Shown here: piece after piece, positions 63,941-64,000 of the stretch | How the letters are laid out: every line of letters starts with the position of its first letter | How positions within the stretch are numbered: position 1 is the stretch's first letter | NCBI GenBank assembly: GCA_002269645.1 | Contig: NIVC01001215.1 | Coordinates: forward strand, 86,022 to 150,021 | From: Macrostomum lignano | Taxonomy: Eukaryota | Length of the DNA stretch: 64,000 nucleotides | Direction: 5' to 3' | Position numbers and translations under genes: made by a program | Notes under the pieces: generated by a model | What the model saw: the letters and a program-made list of their open reading frames with translations, nothing else | Database searches by the model: none | Told to the model about the DNA's origin: nothing

Positions 63941-64000
63941 GATGACAGCATTCGTCCTAGAAGGCATGGCCCCAGACTGGACGACGATCATGATGAGTCG

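Overview
Eukaryotic (animal) genomic DNA. GC-rich, CAG/CTG-biased exons sit among very abundant tandem repeats. The gene content and style suggest a free-living flatworm such as Macrostomum; this is inference from style, not a database result. Host genes supported from sequence: a HOIP-like B-box+NZF mini-gene, GLRX3 (PICOT), a class II aldolase/adducin-family gene, two Cys-loop anion-channel (GluCl/GlyR-like) N-terminal exons with only one TM3-TM4 exon between them, a CFAP97/KIAA1430-domain plus annexin-like multi-exon gene, a BCL11-like zinc-finger terminal exon with a frameshift, a GPI-anchored LU/Ly6-like gene, a 1102-aa intronless IFIT-like TPR protein with a possible HEPN-like tail, a claudin/PMP22-like tetraspan gene, and the RA-domain end of a RalGDS-like gene. 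Mobile DNA: a tRNA-SINE with TSD, a decayed Penelope-like element, an ORF-intact Ngaro/DIRS tyrosine-recombinase retrotransposon bracketed by a 1.6-kb duplication, a 5'-truncated RTE LINE with a 14-bp TSD, and a YR remnant. Most long ORFs in the supplied track are artefacts of tandem repeats. Top leads: (1) variable-first-exon/shared-constant-exon ion-channel architecture; (2) predicted -1 frameshift and in-frame Gag(SAP)-YR splice in the Ngaro element, now downstream of a duplicated host upstream region; (3) IFIT-like sensor with TM hairpin and HEPN-like module; (4) CFAP97-annexin fusion with an intron made only of microsatellite. All splice models and sequence comparisons were done by eye and need RNA validation.
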